Assembly (NCBI GenBank): GCA_029942125.1
Contig: JAPYUB010000003.1
Location: forward strand, 1-43,259
DNA from: Candidatus Thalassarchaeaceae archaeon
Lineage (GTDB): Archaea > Thermoplasmatota > Poseidoniia > Poseidoniales > Thalassarchaeaceae
DNA: 43,259 nucleotides
Direction: 5' to 3'
Shown here: one piece after another, positions 30,751 through 39,271 of the stretch
How positions within the stretch are numbered: position 1 is the stretch's first letter
How the letters are laid out: every line of letters starts with the position of its first letter
Position numbers and translations under genes: made by a program
The notes under the pieces: generated by a model
Told to the model about the DNA's origin: nothing
What the model saw: the letters and a program-made list of their open reading frames with translations, nothing else
The model's database searches: none

Positions 30751-33401
30751 TGCACGCGAATTTGCCCGGAACACCGAAAGAATACCTCGATGTTGTCGGA
30801 AGACCACGCGGCGATGTACCGGTAAACCCAGAAGCGATTGTCCAAGCACGTCGATTGCTGACAAATTCGCTGCCAAAGATTGAGATGAATGATGCAGATG
30901 CAGCCGAAGGTGGTTGTGGCGTTGTGGGTCTTGCCAGTGAAATTCCGATTGCAGGGCGACACTTGTTCAAATCTCTAGAACAAATGAGAAACCGTGGCAA
31001 TGGGAAAGGCGGAGGTGTGGCGATGGTCGGGCTTAATCCCGCTCAGTTCGGGACCACACAAGATGTTCTAGAGGAGGCCTACCTGATCGCCATTGCTTGG
31101 GTGAACGATGGGTACAAAGAGGAAGTAGAATCGAAATACATCAATCCTGTTTTCGATATCGTTCATACCTTCGACATCCCCGTGTTAGATGACTGGAAGA
31201 GTCTTCCTGCCTTGGAAGTCTGTCCACCCGATGTGACCTGTTACTGGGTTCAGCCGACAGAAGCTGGAATTGCGAACATGTTCAAAGAGACTGGAATGAA
31301 TCCGGGTGACTTCAACGATGAGGAAGCTATCAATTCCGAATACGTGTATCGAAATACGCACAAACTCAATGTCGAATTCTATGCTCAAGATGGGCGTGCC
31401 GACGCATTTGTCCTCAGTCATGGCCGGGATATGTTGATTCTCAAAATTGTTGGCTATGCTGAAGATGTCATCAAGTACTACTGTCTGGATGAATTCACCT
31501 CTCACGTATGGATTGGGCACCATAGATACCCCACACGCGGTAGAGTCACCCACCCCGGTGGAGCTCATCCCTTCGGCCAAGGTATCGATGTGGCGCTGGT
31601 CCACAATGGGGACTTCAGTAACTACGTCTCAGTCAAGGACTATCTTGCTCAGCGAGGAATGGAACCTTTGTTCTTCACAGATACAGAAGTTGCTGCGCTC
31701 GGATTCGACTTGCATCACCGCGTCTATGGTTATCCGATGGAATATCTGATTGAATCATTGGCCCCGACCAGTGAACTCGATTTCATCATGTTGCCAGAAG
31801 AGAAACAGAAGGTGTACGAAGCGATTCAGAAGACACACATTCACGGCTCACCGGATGGACCTTGGTTCTTCATCATCGCCCAAGGCGCTGGCACAGGCCA
31901 TCATCGCCTGATTGGAATCACCGATACCAGTATGCTTAGACCGCAAGTATTCGCCTACCAACGTGGCGAGGTGGGGATTGCATTCTGTGCCAGTGAGAAA
32001 CAAGTGATTGATGCGGTTATGGAAAGTCTATCCGCTGAAGACAATCGATTCTGGCGTCGATGCGATCGCTATTGGAATGCCCGTGGAGGATCCTATACCG
32101 ACGGCGGCGCATTCCTGTTCGATGTGAACAAACAAGATGATGGGGGGTTTGAATTGGTGATGACCGACAAGTTCGGTGGATTGGTCAACACCCATCCCGA
32201 TGGTGATTTCACAATCATGGATTCGGCGATGACCTGCGAGGTCAATTGGCCTGAAGAGAGGGATGCAATGGCTCGATACGAAGCCTGTGTCGAAGCTCTG
32301 CAGATGATGGACTGGGCTGCAGCCAAGACAATGTTGTCCGAAATCCACACATATTCTCAGCAGGTCAGTAGAAGTGAGTCTGTGACCTGTCTACAATTAC
32401 TTCTAGATCGCTGCTATGCGACAGGAAAGTTACGTCGAAGCCGGTGGTTGGATCATGTCGAAGATGCCTTGGTAGAGATTTTGATGAGTAGTGGTTATGC
32501 ACCATGCTCACACTTTGTCGCACAAAAGGTTCCAGGTCACAGGCCGGATCCAGAAAATAATGAACAGGCCATTGTCATCGATGCTCGACCTTATCCAATT
32601 GAAGGACAAGAGAGCCTCGCACGCGAGCTCATCGCTCTGCATCAACACGGTTGGCGCAATTTCCATGTGATTCTATGCCATGGTCATCGCTTCATTGGAA
32701 ATGGATTCGGCATGGATACAGGGGATGTACGAATCGATGTTTACGGAAGTATTGGTGATTATCTGGCAAGTGGGAACGATGGCATGACCATTCACATGCA
32801 CGGCAATGGACAAGACCAGATTGGGCAAATTCACAAGGCAGGAACTACGGTAGTCCATGGTGACGTGGGCCAGTGTTACGGATATGGAGCCAAGGGTGGC
32901 AAACTTTTCATCCGTGGCAATGCGGCCGGTCGGCCCATGATCAACAGTGTCGGCAGCCCGAAGTTGGTGATTAACGGAACAGCCTTGGATTATCTTGCAG
33001 AGTCATTCATGGCCGGAGACCCCCTAAATGGAGGTGGATTTGTCATCATCAATGGAATAGAGTACGATGACAAAGGAGAAATTCGTGCCATGGAAACACC
33101 GTATCCGGGTGGAAATCTCTTCAGCCTATCTAGTGGTGGCGCAATCTACGTTCGAGACCCGTACGGCCGCGTCAGTTCCAGCCAACTCAATGGTGGAGAC
33201 TTCACTGATCTCACACCTGCTGATTGGGATATTCTTGAACCGCTTCTTATTGAGAATGAGACTCACTTTGGCATTCCCTTGGCGGGATTGTTGACAGTAG
33301 AAGGGGAAGTTCGGGCGCCTGAATCGGTGTATCGAAAAATCATTCCACTGAAGAACAAAGCCCTCTCTGTCGAAGATGGTTGGGCTGCAAAGCACGATTG
33401 A
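30750..33401 (+). CDS. Fusion of class II (Ntn) glutamine amidotransferase domain and GXGXG (GltB C-terminal) domain
   Basis: CGVVGLAS..MRNRGNGKGGGVA, HHRYPTRG and LVHNGDFSNY (GATase-2). FIGNGFG..VYGSIGDYLASGNDGMTIHMHGNGQDQIG..VVHGDVGQCYGYGAKGGKLFIRGNAAGRP (GXGXG repeats). The ATG overlaps the upstream TGA. Confidence 0.85.
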   Translation: MHANLPGTPKEYLDVVGRPRGDVPVNPEAIVQARRLLTNSLPKIEMNDADAAEGGCGVVGLASEIPIAGRHLFKSLEQMRNRGNGKGGGVAMVGLNPAQFGTTQDVLEEAYLIAIAWVNDGYKEEVESKYINPVFDIVHTFDIPVLDDWKSLPALEVCPPDVTCYWVQPTEAGIANMFKETGMNPGDFNDEEAINSEYVYRNTHKLNVEFYAQDGRADAFVLSHGRDMLILKIVGYAEDVIKYYCLDEFTSHVWIGHHRYPTRGRVTHPGGAHPFGQGIDVALVHNGDFSNYVSVKDYLAQRGMEPLFFTDTEVAALGFDLHHRVYGYPMEYLIESLAPTSELDFIMLPEEKQKVYEAIQKTHIHGSPDGPWFFIIAQGAGTGHHRLIGITDTSMLRPQVFAYQRGEVGIAFCASEKQVIDAVMESLSAEDNRFWRRCDRYWNARGGSYTDGGAFLFDVNKQDDGGFELVMTDKFGGLVNTHPDGDFTIMDSAMTCEVNWPEERDAMARYEACVEALQMMDWAAAKTMLSEIHTYSQQVSRSESVTCLQLLLDRCYATGKLRRSRWLDHVEDALVEILMSSGYAPCSHFVAQKVPGHRPDPENNEQAIVIDARPYPIEGQESLARELIALHQHGWRNFHVILCHGHRFIGNGFGMDTGDVRIDVYGSIGDYLASGNDGMTIHMHGNGQDQIGQIHKAGTTVVHGDVGQCYGYGAKGGKLFIRGNAAGRPMINSVGSPKLVINGTALDYLAESFMAGDPLNGGGFVIINGIEYDDKGEIRAMETPYPGGNLFSLSSGGAIYVRDPYGRVSSSQLNGGDFTDLTPADWDILEPLLIENETHFGIPLAGLLTVEGEVRAPESVYRKIIPLKNKALSVEDGWAAKHD

Positions 33402-33443
33402 TTCATCGTAAACCGTAAAGATGGCGTGCTAAACGGCAGAGCA

Positions 33444-33638
33444 ATGCCGAAGGTTAGGAAACCAAAACGAGGTTGGCCTAGGATTCCGATCATTCGTAGA
33501 TGGAGGAGAAGAAAACCCGAGCCGAACAGCGGCCACGGCTTACCCCCTTGCCCCCATTGTGGTAAATGGATGATGAAGAGAGATGATTCCCGCAGCGAGA
33601 TATACTGCACTGAATGCGGTGGATTGCTGGGTAATTGA
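33444..33638 (+). CDS. Small basic CPxCG-type zinc-ribbon protein
   Basis: MPKVRKPKRGWPRIPIIRRWRRRK... then CPHCG-x17-CTECG. ATG at 33444; the track start at 33426 is GTG. Confidence 0.4.
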   Translation: MPKVRKPKRGWPRIPIIRRWRRRKPEPNSGHGLPPCPHCGKWMMKRDDSRSEIYCTECGGLLGN

Positions 33639-33676
33639 GCAGAGAACTCTTGAGTGTGAATCACTTCGTTTATTTT

Positions 33677-33740
33677 CCCGCAGTGATGATGACTTGATGC
33701 TCGCGGCCTGGCCGCCTGAATGATGGGCGAACTGAGCGGG
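33677..33740 (+). ncRNA. Candidate k-turn / box C/D-like small RNA or structured 5' leader
   Basis: Terminal stem CCCGC (33677..33681) / GCGGG (33736..33740) encloses GUGAUGA (33683..33689, C-box consensus RUGAUGA) and CUGA (33732..33735, D box). Internal CUGA (33716..33719) and AUGAUGG (33720..33726). Internal GC hairpin 33703..33715. The guide spacings (26 and 5 nt) are non-canonical. Confidence 0.2.
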
Positions 33741-33748
33741 ACCCTCAA

Positions 33749-35341
33749 ATGCTACCGCGTACAGCGTCAATCATGCAACCGGGGACGCCACAAAGTCCTC
33801 ATTTCATCGGCAATCCTGTTGCGCCAACACAAATTCCCACAATGGCCGTTCCTCAAGGAATGATGTTGGTCCACCCTGAGCCAGTGCCGTTGACCCCTCC
33901 GTCATCCAATCTGCAAATGGCCAGACCCAGTCGTCCTTGGCGGATGTATGGCCGGATTGTAGGGTTAGTTGTTCTACTGTTCATCTTTGAGGAAAGTTTC
34001 GCAGGAGGTTGGATTCTCGCGCTTGAAGGAGAACCTCTCTATGGTGCAATTTGCATGCTTTTCTCCATTCCGACAATGCTTGGTATCGTTGCCATGCGCC
34101 GCCCAAGAGCCGTTTTGCTTGAAAGAGCAGTGCCGGATTCAAATGGTCAGCAACTTCACGCCATCACCTCACATGCTGGATCTTTGCAAACACCGATGCT
34201 AACGCGATTGGACCGTCACTTAATGCGAGATGACTCGGTTCTGGATGTTCCCGCGACCTCAGTTGTATGGATCATTTTCGGAGTCACTGTACTGTGTTCG
34301 TTTGGGTTGTGGTACATGATAGGAGAAGGGAGTTCAGGGGTACAAATTATTGCTGCCTTACTTCTCATCCCTGTAATCCTCATTGGATTCAGTATCCCCG
34401 TCATGGGATGGTGGTCACACTCAACCAAGAGAATCGGGTTGCCCACTCGGCGTCGTGATGCAGAGGCGTGGTTGACGGCAGGAATCCTCAGTGCCTTGCC
34501 AGCGGTGATGATTAACAGTTGGCTGTTTCCCAATATTATCTACATCTTCTCACCAAATATTTCCTATGAAGGGATGATGAATTTAATGGCGGTCATTTCC
34601 GCCCCTATCGGAGAGGAACTCTGCAAAGCTGCGGCAATCTGGTTCTTTGCTTCTAAGATTCGCTCACCCAAACATGGATTCCAAATTGGGTTCACCGTAG
34701 GACTAGGGTTTGCCATTCTTGAGAATCTGATGTATATTGGATTGACTGGTGGAGATGCAACGACCGTGCTGATTCGAGGCATTGGTGCGATTCCAGGGCA
34801 TGCGGTTTGGACGGGATTGACAGGGTCGGCCATGGGGTGGACTCTCATGCGGAGTCGTGCAACTGAATTGCAAAGGGCAGCAGAGGCGGGAATGCAAATC
34901 AAGCCACCAGAGGCCGAGGATGCACAATGGCAACTAATCGACAAAGATAGTGGGGAAATTATCCAAACCCCTGGAATAAGCCAAGAAGGAGGTGTCTCAG
35001 TAGGCCCATCGGGTGTTGAAATGTGGATGCCTTCGGCTCCAATTATCCAAAAAGAGCCTTGGATTAAAATCCCATTACCTGAGAATATTGGTCTTGGTTT
35101 GGGGTTGGCCATGATGGGGCATGCATCTTGGAATCTGGTGTGGACCTTGTTCGATCTATTTGTTACCAATTCAACAATATCGCAGATGATGGTTAACATT
35201 CTCGACTACACATTGATGGCACTGATGGTAGCAGCCGTATTGATTATCGGAACGGGTTTGCTTCACAGTGTTAGAGCAGCACCTGATGGAAGTGAAGTCG
35301 ACGAGTATCAAGCGCAACTCGCTGCGCTGACTCAACAATAA
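33749..35341 (+). CDS. PrsW-family intramembrane metalloprotease with extended N- and C-terminal regions
   Basis: IGEELCKAAA (EExxK), GLGFAILENLMY and IPGHAVWTGLTG (His motif) in a polytopic membrane context. Confidence 0.7.
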   Translation: MLPRTASIMQPGTPQSPHFIGNPVAPTQIPTMAVPQGMMLVHPEPVPLTPPSSNLQMARPSRPWRMYGRIVGLVVLLFIFEESFAGGWILALEGEPLYGAICMLFSIPTMLGIVAMRRPRAVLLERAVPDSNGQQLHAITSHAGSLQTPMLTRLDRHLMRDDSVLDVPATSVVWIIFGVTVLCSFGLWYMIGEGSSGVQIIAALLLIPVILIGFSIPVMGWWSHSTKRIGLPTRRRDAEAWLTAGILSALPAVMINSWLFPNIIYIFSPNISYEGMMNLMAVISAPIGEELCKAAAIWFFASKIRSPKHGFQIGFTVGLGFAILENLMYIGLTGGDATTVLIRGIGAIPGHAVWTGLTGSAMGWTLMRSRATELQRAAEAGMQIKPPEAEDAQWQLIDKDSGEIIQTPGISQEGGVSVGPSGVEMWMPSAPIIQKEPWIKIPLPENIGLGLGLAMMGHASWNLVWTLFDLFVTNSTISQMMVNILDYTLMALMVAAVLIIGTGLLHSVRAAPDGSEVDEYQAQLAALTQQ

Positions 35342-35423
35342 TTCTAGAGGAGTCATGTCGTAGACATATCCGGTGTGAAAACATTCAATCGCGTTCGTCG
35401 GTTCAGACAGTCGGAGGGTTAAG

Positions 35424-36191
35424 ATGGAATTTGAGATGGTCGGTGGTTTTGACCAGACGAATCTGCTGATTTCATTCAGCTTCATCCTGTCACTTATGAT
35501 CATCAGTAGGCTTCGACACATCCTCAACGAAGAGGGGACGTTGGCTGCTGCTGCACTAGGACTTGGTGTTGCTATAGCAGGGCACTGGTCATGGCTTTTG
35601 ATTTTGTTATCCTTCCTCGGAACAGGCTTCGCAGCGACGCGATGGCGATATGATGAGAAAATCGAGAAAGGGCTTCACGAAGGAGCAGAAGGTGAACGGG
35701 GTTGGACCAATGTCGTGGCCAATGGTGGCGTTCCGCTCATCGTCTCTATTATCGCCGCTGTGACTGGCGATTGGGAAACTATGTTTCCTGTCTTCACAGT
35801 CGCTGTCGCTGTCGCTGCATCAGATACCTTTGCCAGTGAATTCGGCGGTTTGGATGAACGCGTTTACATGATTACAACATTGAAGAAATGTGAGCAAGGA
35901 ATGAATGGCGGTTTCAGTCCTACGGGACAACTTGCAGCAATGACGGGTGCGTTGCTGATTGCAGTTGTAGGAATTGGCCTTGGAACTCTGGTTGGAGCGG
36001 AGTCGGTAGCGGCACCAATAGAATTCATCCTCAGCATCACACTCATTGGTTTCATCGGTTGTCAAATCGATTCACTTTTCGGCGCCACATTAGAGAACAG
36101 AGGTTTGATTGGAAAAGGGACGGTCAACGCGTTGGCGATCGGTTCTGGGGCACTAATTGCAGCCTGTCTTCACCCGATAATCCCACTTTAG
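35424..36191 (+). CDS. DUF92 / COG1836 (TMEM19, VTE6-like) integral membrane protein
   Basis: GTLAAAALGLGVA, GFAATRWRYDEK, ERGWTNVVANGGVP and AASDTFASEFG match the DUF92 pattern. Confidence 0.7.
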   Translation: MEFEMVGGFDQTNLLISFSFILSLMIISRLRHILNEEGTLAAAALGLGVAIAGHWSWLLILLSFLGTGFAATRWRYDEKIEKGLHEGAEGERGWTNVVANGGVPLIVSIIAAVTGDWETMFPVFTVAVAVAASDTFASEFGGLDERVYMITTLKKCEQGMNGGFSPTGQLAAMTGALLIAVVGIGLGTLVGAESVAAPIEFILSITLIGFIGCQIDSLFGATLENRGLIGKGTVNALAIGSGALIAACLHPIIPL

Positions 36192-36192
36192 G

Positions 36193-36213
36193 CGGCGGCC
36201 CTTAGGGCCGCCG
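36193..36213 (+). terminator. GC hairpin CGGCGGCCC-TTA-GGGCCGCCG directly after the DUF92 stop
   Basis: 9-bp perfect stem with a 3-nt loop, starting 2 nt after the TAG at 36189..36191 and 32 nt before the next ATG. Confidence 0.35.
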
Positions 36214-36244
36214 GATTCATCTATTGCCTATGTTTGGGTAGACC

Positions 36245-38578
36245 ATGCATCCGGATGGCGAGACTCGACACTCTCGCAAGTTGCTGGTGCTGATTGCAAT
36301 CATGCTGGCGATTTCAACTGCCCCAAATGCAAGTTCAGCGAATACGTTCCCAACCGGCCCGGGGCTTGATTGGGAATTGCCTCCATCGCATGGCCTATAC
36401 ATCAATGGATCAACAGGAAATGAGAATCTAGCGAGGACGCTACCCAGTGAGACCGGGCAACCGGATGGAGATCGTGAATTCGGTGGGTCGCCCTTCATGC
36501 AAAATTTGCTCACCATGAGCAGCCCTCCTGCAACGGAGGCCTCGCTCCTTCAAGGCAACCTAACCGTGCAACTCTATGCCGGATTGTACGCCGAGGGGAC
36601 ACAATGCAAAGGTCAGAATTTTGGATTCGGAGCTGGATACACGACATTCTATGCAACGGTCATGATTGGAGACAGTCTGGTTCTCGACAATGAGCCAACT
36701 GATTCGCAAATTCTAGAATATGATTGGAATAAAGCACAGGAATTCACAATCTACACTCCAATCGACGCATTGCTCGATATTAACGATACAATAACACTAG
36801 ATATCTCGGTGATTCACAATTGCCAACTCGCGAATGGGCACTTGTACTGGGATACCTACGACTTGTCGAGTGGGCTACAAATAGAGGCGGATATGCTAAC
36901 ACCCTCACTCAACATTTCTGTCAGTTCAAACGGGTTGCCTCGAATCGAATTTACGCCACATTCTCCGTTTGGAACCGATGATTATGACGAACTGCAAATC
37001 GATATCATCGGGCCGTTGGATACTTGGGAACAAGGGGTCCACTATCCGATTCCACCGGAAGAGGAACAATTCCAAGATCGCCTGAAGATGGATGCTGAGC
37101 ACCCACCTCACGGTTCACGACAAACCGATACAGGTAGAATTGCATGGACGTGGATTACCAAGGAACCTCTCGACGAAGGGATGTATGTCGTCGATTTGTG
37201 TGCCACGTTGTCTGATGGTATTTACACCATTGATTGTCACTTGGTTGGCGTTCTACGGTTTGAAGTTAAGGAAGCACCTAGCGCCTGGTTAGGCTCGGGA
37301 TGGTTTGCAGCGATGCCAGTCATTTCGGTTCTGGGTTTATTGGGGTATCTCACCCAAACAAGACTACCTCCTTGGCCGGCGATAATTGTCATCTGCCTGC
37401 TGGCTGCAACCACGATGACGGCGATGACTGCACTACCAGACATTGGGCCGGGTGAACAGCAATCGGAAACTTCAGCACCAGATTTCATTCTGCTGAAACA
37501 TGGGAATGGAAGTGCCAATCTGGGGGATCTTCTCGATGGAAGAGATGCACTGATTCTCGGCGTGTTCACGGCTGGATCTCCGGCTGCTGACCTCCAGATG
37601 GAAGATTTCCTCGAAGTGCAGGATAATCTCGGAGATTCGGTCTCCTTCGCCCAACTGATTACTGGCGAGGGAGTGGAGATTTACGATGGTGATTCTCATG
37701 CAGCCAAGCTCAACGGTTCGTGGCCGCTAATGATTGACGAGAGCGATGGAGCGGTCGCCCAACAGTTGCCTACGGGGGTTGGAGAAGGCGTGATTATCAT
37801 CGATTCTGCTGGGTTCATTGTAGACTGGCACACGTCGACAATGAATTCAATCGACATCAAGAAGGCCGTTGAAACAGCTGAATCAGGCGGCGGGAGGACT
37901 CCCTTTGAATTCCTACAGATGTCCAGCATACTCGTTTTCCTTCCATTGCTTATTCTAGGATTACCACGGGAGAGAATTGAGGCACCAGAGACGGTGATGA
38001 TTCCGGCAGCGGGCTGGGTTGGCACAGCGGGTTCCGCAGCGATTGGGTTCGGTTTGTGGGCCCTTCCTGTAGCCATCCTCAGCGTATTCGGTGCGATACT
38101 GTGGTCATGGGTACAGGCCGCCCTTATTGGATGGTTGATTTGGCAGACTGTCGCCATGCTAATCTGGCAACGATTACCAGAAGTTGATTGGGTCTCCAAT
38201 CAGATTTACAACAAACTTCCTGACGACTATAGAGCGTGGCGCTCACAAGATATGTGGACTTGGGATTCAAGGATGGGGCATTGGTTTGCATGGCTTTCAT
38301 GGCTGGCCATGCCCACTCTCATCGGACAGGGCGTGGGATCCAGAATTGCCTCCGGTGGAATTGGGTTCCTGATGGGCCCAATTATGCTCATTATATTCAT
38401 TCTACTCGCTGGAATCTTCACTCTGCTGATTAGGCTAATCGCAGCTTGGGGTGGACCAATCTCTAGACTTGCGGGTACATTGACTCGCCCTGTAGCTGTA
38501 CGAAGTTGGGGTGCCATCAATGCAGGTATCGTCATCTGGCTAGTTCTATGGTACATATTCGGCCCATTATTGGGTTGA
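36245..38578 (+). CDS. Large membrane protein: signal peptide, extracytoplasmic domain, cysteine-less thioredoxin-fold (TlpA/redoxin-like) domain, Trp-rich polytopic C-terminus
   Basis: N-terminal KLLVLIAIMLAISTAPNASSA. APDFILLKHGNGSANLGDLLDGRDALILGVFTAGSPAADLQMEDF parallels APDFxLxxxxGxxxxLxdlkGkxvvLnFWAtWCxPCrxEmP. Multiple C-terminal TM segments. Confidence 0.6.
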   Translation: MHPDGETRHSRKLLVLIAIMLAISTAPNASSANTFPTGPGLDWELPPSHGLYINGSTGNENLARTLPSETGQPDGDREFGGSPFMQNLLTMSSPPATEASLLQGNLTVQLYAGLYAEGTQCKGQNFGFGAGYTTFYATVMIGDSLVLDNEPTDSQILEYDWNKAQEFTIYTPIDALLDINDTITLDISVIHNCQLANGHLYWDTYDLSSGLQIEADMLTPSLNISVSSNGLPRIEFTPHSPFGTDDYDELQIDIIGPLDTWEQGVHYPIPPEEEQFQDRLKMDAEHPPHGSRQTDTGRIAWTWITKEPLDEGMYVVDLCATLSDGIYTIDCHLVGVLRFEVKEAPSAWLGSGWFAAMPVISVLGLLGYLTQTRLPPWPAIIVICLLAATTMTAMTALPDIGPGEQQSETSAPDFILLKHGNGSANLGDLLDGRDALILGVFTAGSPAADLQMEDFLEVQDNLGDSVSFAQLITGEGVEIYDGDSHAAKLNGSWPLMIDESDGAVAQQLPTGVGEGVIIIDSAGFIVDWHTSTMNSIDIKKAVETAESGGGRTPFEFLQMSSILVFLPLLILGLPRERIEAPETVMIPAAGWVGTAGSAAIGFGLWALPVAILSVFGAILWSWVQAALIGWLIWQTVAMLIWQRLPEVDWVSNQIYNKLPDDYRAWRSQDMWTWDSRMGHWFAWLSWLAMPTLIGQGVGSRIASGGIGFLMGPIMLIIFILLAGIFTLLIRLIAAWGGPISRLAGTLTRPVAVRSWGAINAGIVIWLVLWYIFGPLLG

Positions 38579-39244
38579 CTAGAGTTGTGATACGAGGTCA
38601 CGAAGAACTGCGGATGGGTCATTCGCCTTGGTCACACCACTGGCCAAAAGGACGCCTTCGGTGCCAAGTTCGATGGCCTTGGCCACATCAGCACCGTTCT
38701 TGACACCAGCACCACAGAGCACGCGAACGTTGGGGTTGGCTTCCTTTACGGCGGCTGCAGTTCCAGAAACAATACCTGGGTCCGCTGTAGTCACGCTGAT
38801 GTCGCCACCGATGAGTTCAGGTGGCTCGACTGCGATGAAAGTTGGAGAGAGTGCTGCGAGTGCTTGAGCTTCTTCGATGTTCGCGGCGCACGCGCACACG
38901 GGGAAATTGTTTGGCAGTTGACCCAGCAATGTTTTGACATGTTCGAGAGATACCTTGTGCTCCGCGTGATTGATGATTGAACCTGTGGCACCACGGGCCA
39001 TCGCGGTCTCGGGGTGCAACCAGCCGGTGTTTGAGCCCCAGTCGATTGGATCCAGATGCTGGGTCCAAACTTCGAGATTTGGAGCAGCGGCCTTGACCGC
39101 ACTCAAATCCAACGCAGAGACGACAGCGACCATGGTCGCATCCGTGGTTGCATCCACCTCAGCCATGGCTTGAGCCAGTGCAACCGCTGCCTCACCTTGA
39201 GCGGAGGCATAGGTCTTGAAATTGACAACGATGAGGGTACTCAT
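38579..39244 (-). CDS. tpiA: Triosephosphate isomerase (archaeal short type)
   Basis: VVNFKTY, IINHAEH, AVEPPELIGG, LCGAGV, GVLLASGV; 221 aa. Confidence 0.9.
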   Translation of the reverse strand: MSTLIVVNFKTYASAQGEAAVALAQAMAEVDATTDATMVAVVSALDLSAVKAAAPNLEVWTQHLDPIDWGSNTGWLHPETAMARGATGSIINHAEHKVSLEHVKTLLGQLPNNFPVCACAANIEEAQALAALSPTFIAVEPPELIGGDISVTTADPGIVSGTAAAVKEANPNVRVLCGAGVKNGADVAKAIELGTEGVLLASGVTKANDPSAVLRDLVSQL

Positions 39245-39271
39245 CGAACCTTGCGAATCGCCGGGGGGTGT

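Noticed and set aside
34564-35199. 211-aa minus-strand ORF inside the PrsW gene, and the 167-aa ORF at 37696..38199 inside the giant membrane protein gene
   Set aside because: Both are antisense to long ORFs with recognisable motifs. Their compositions are typical of shadow frames.
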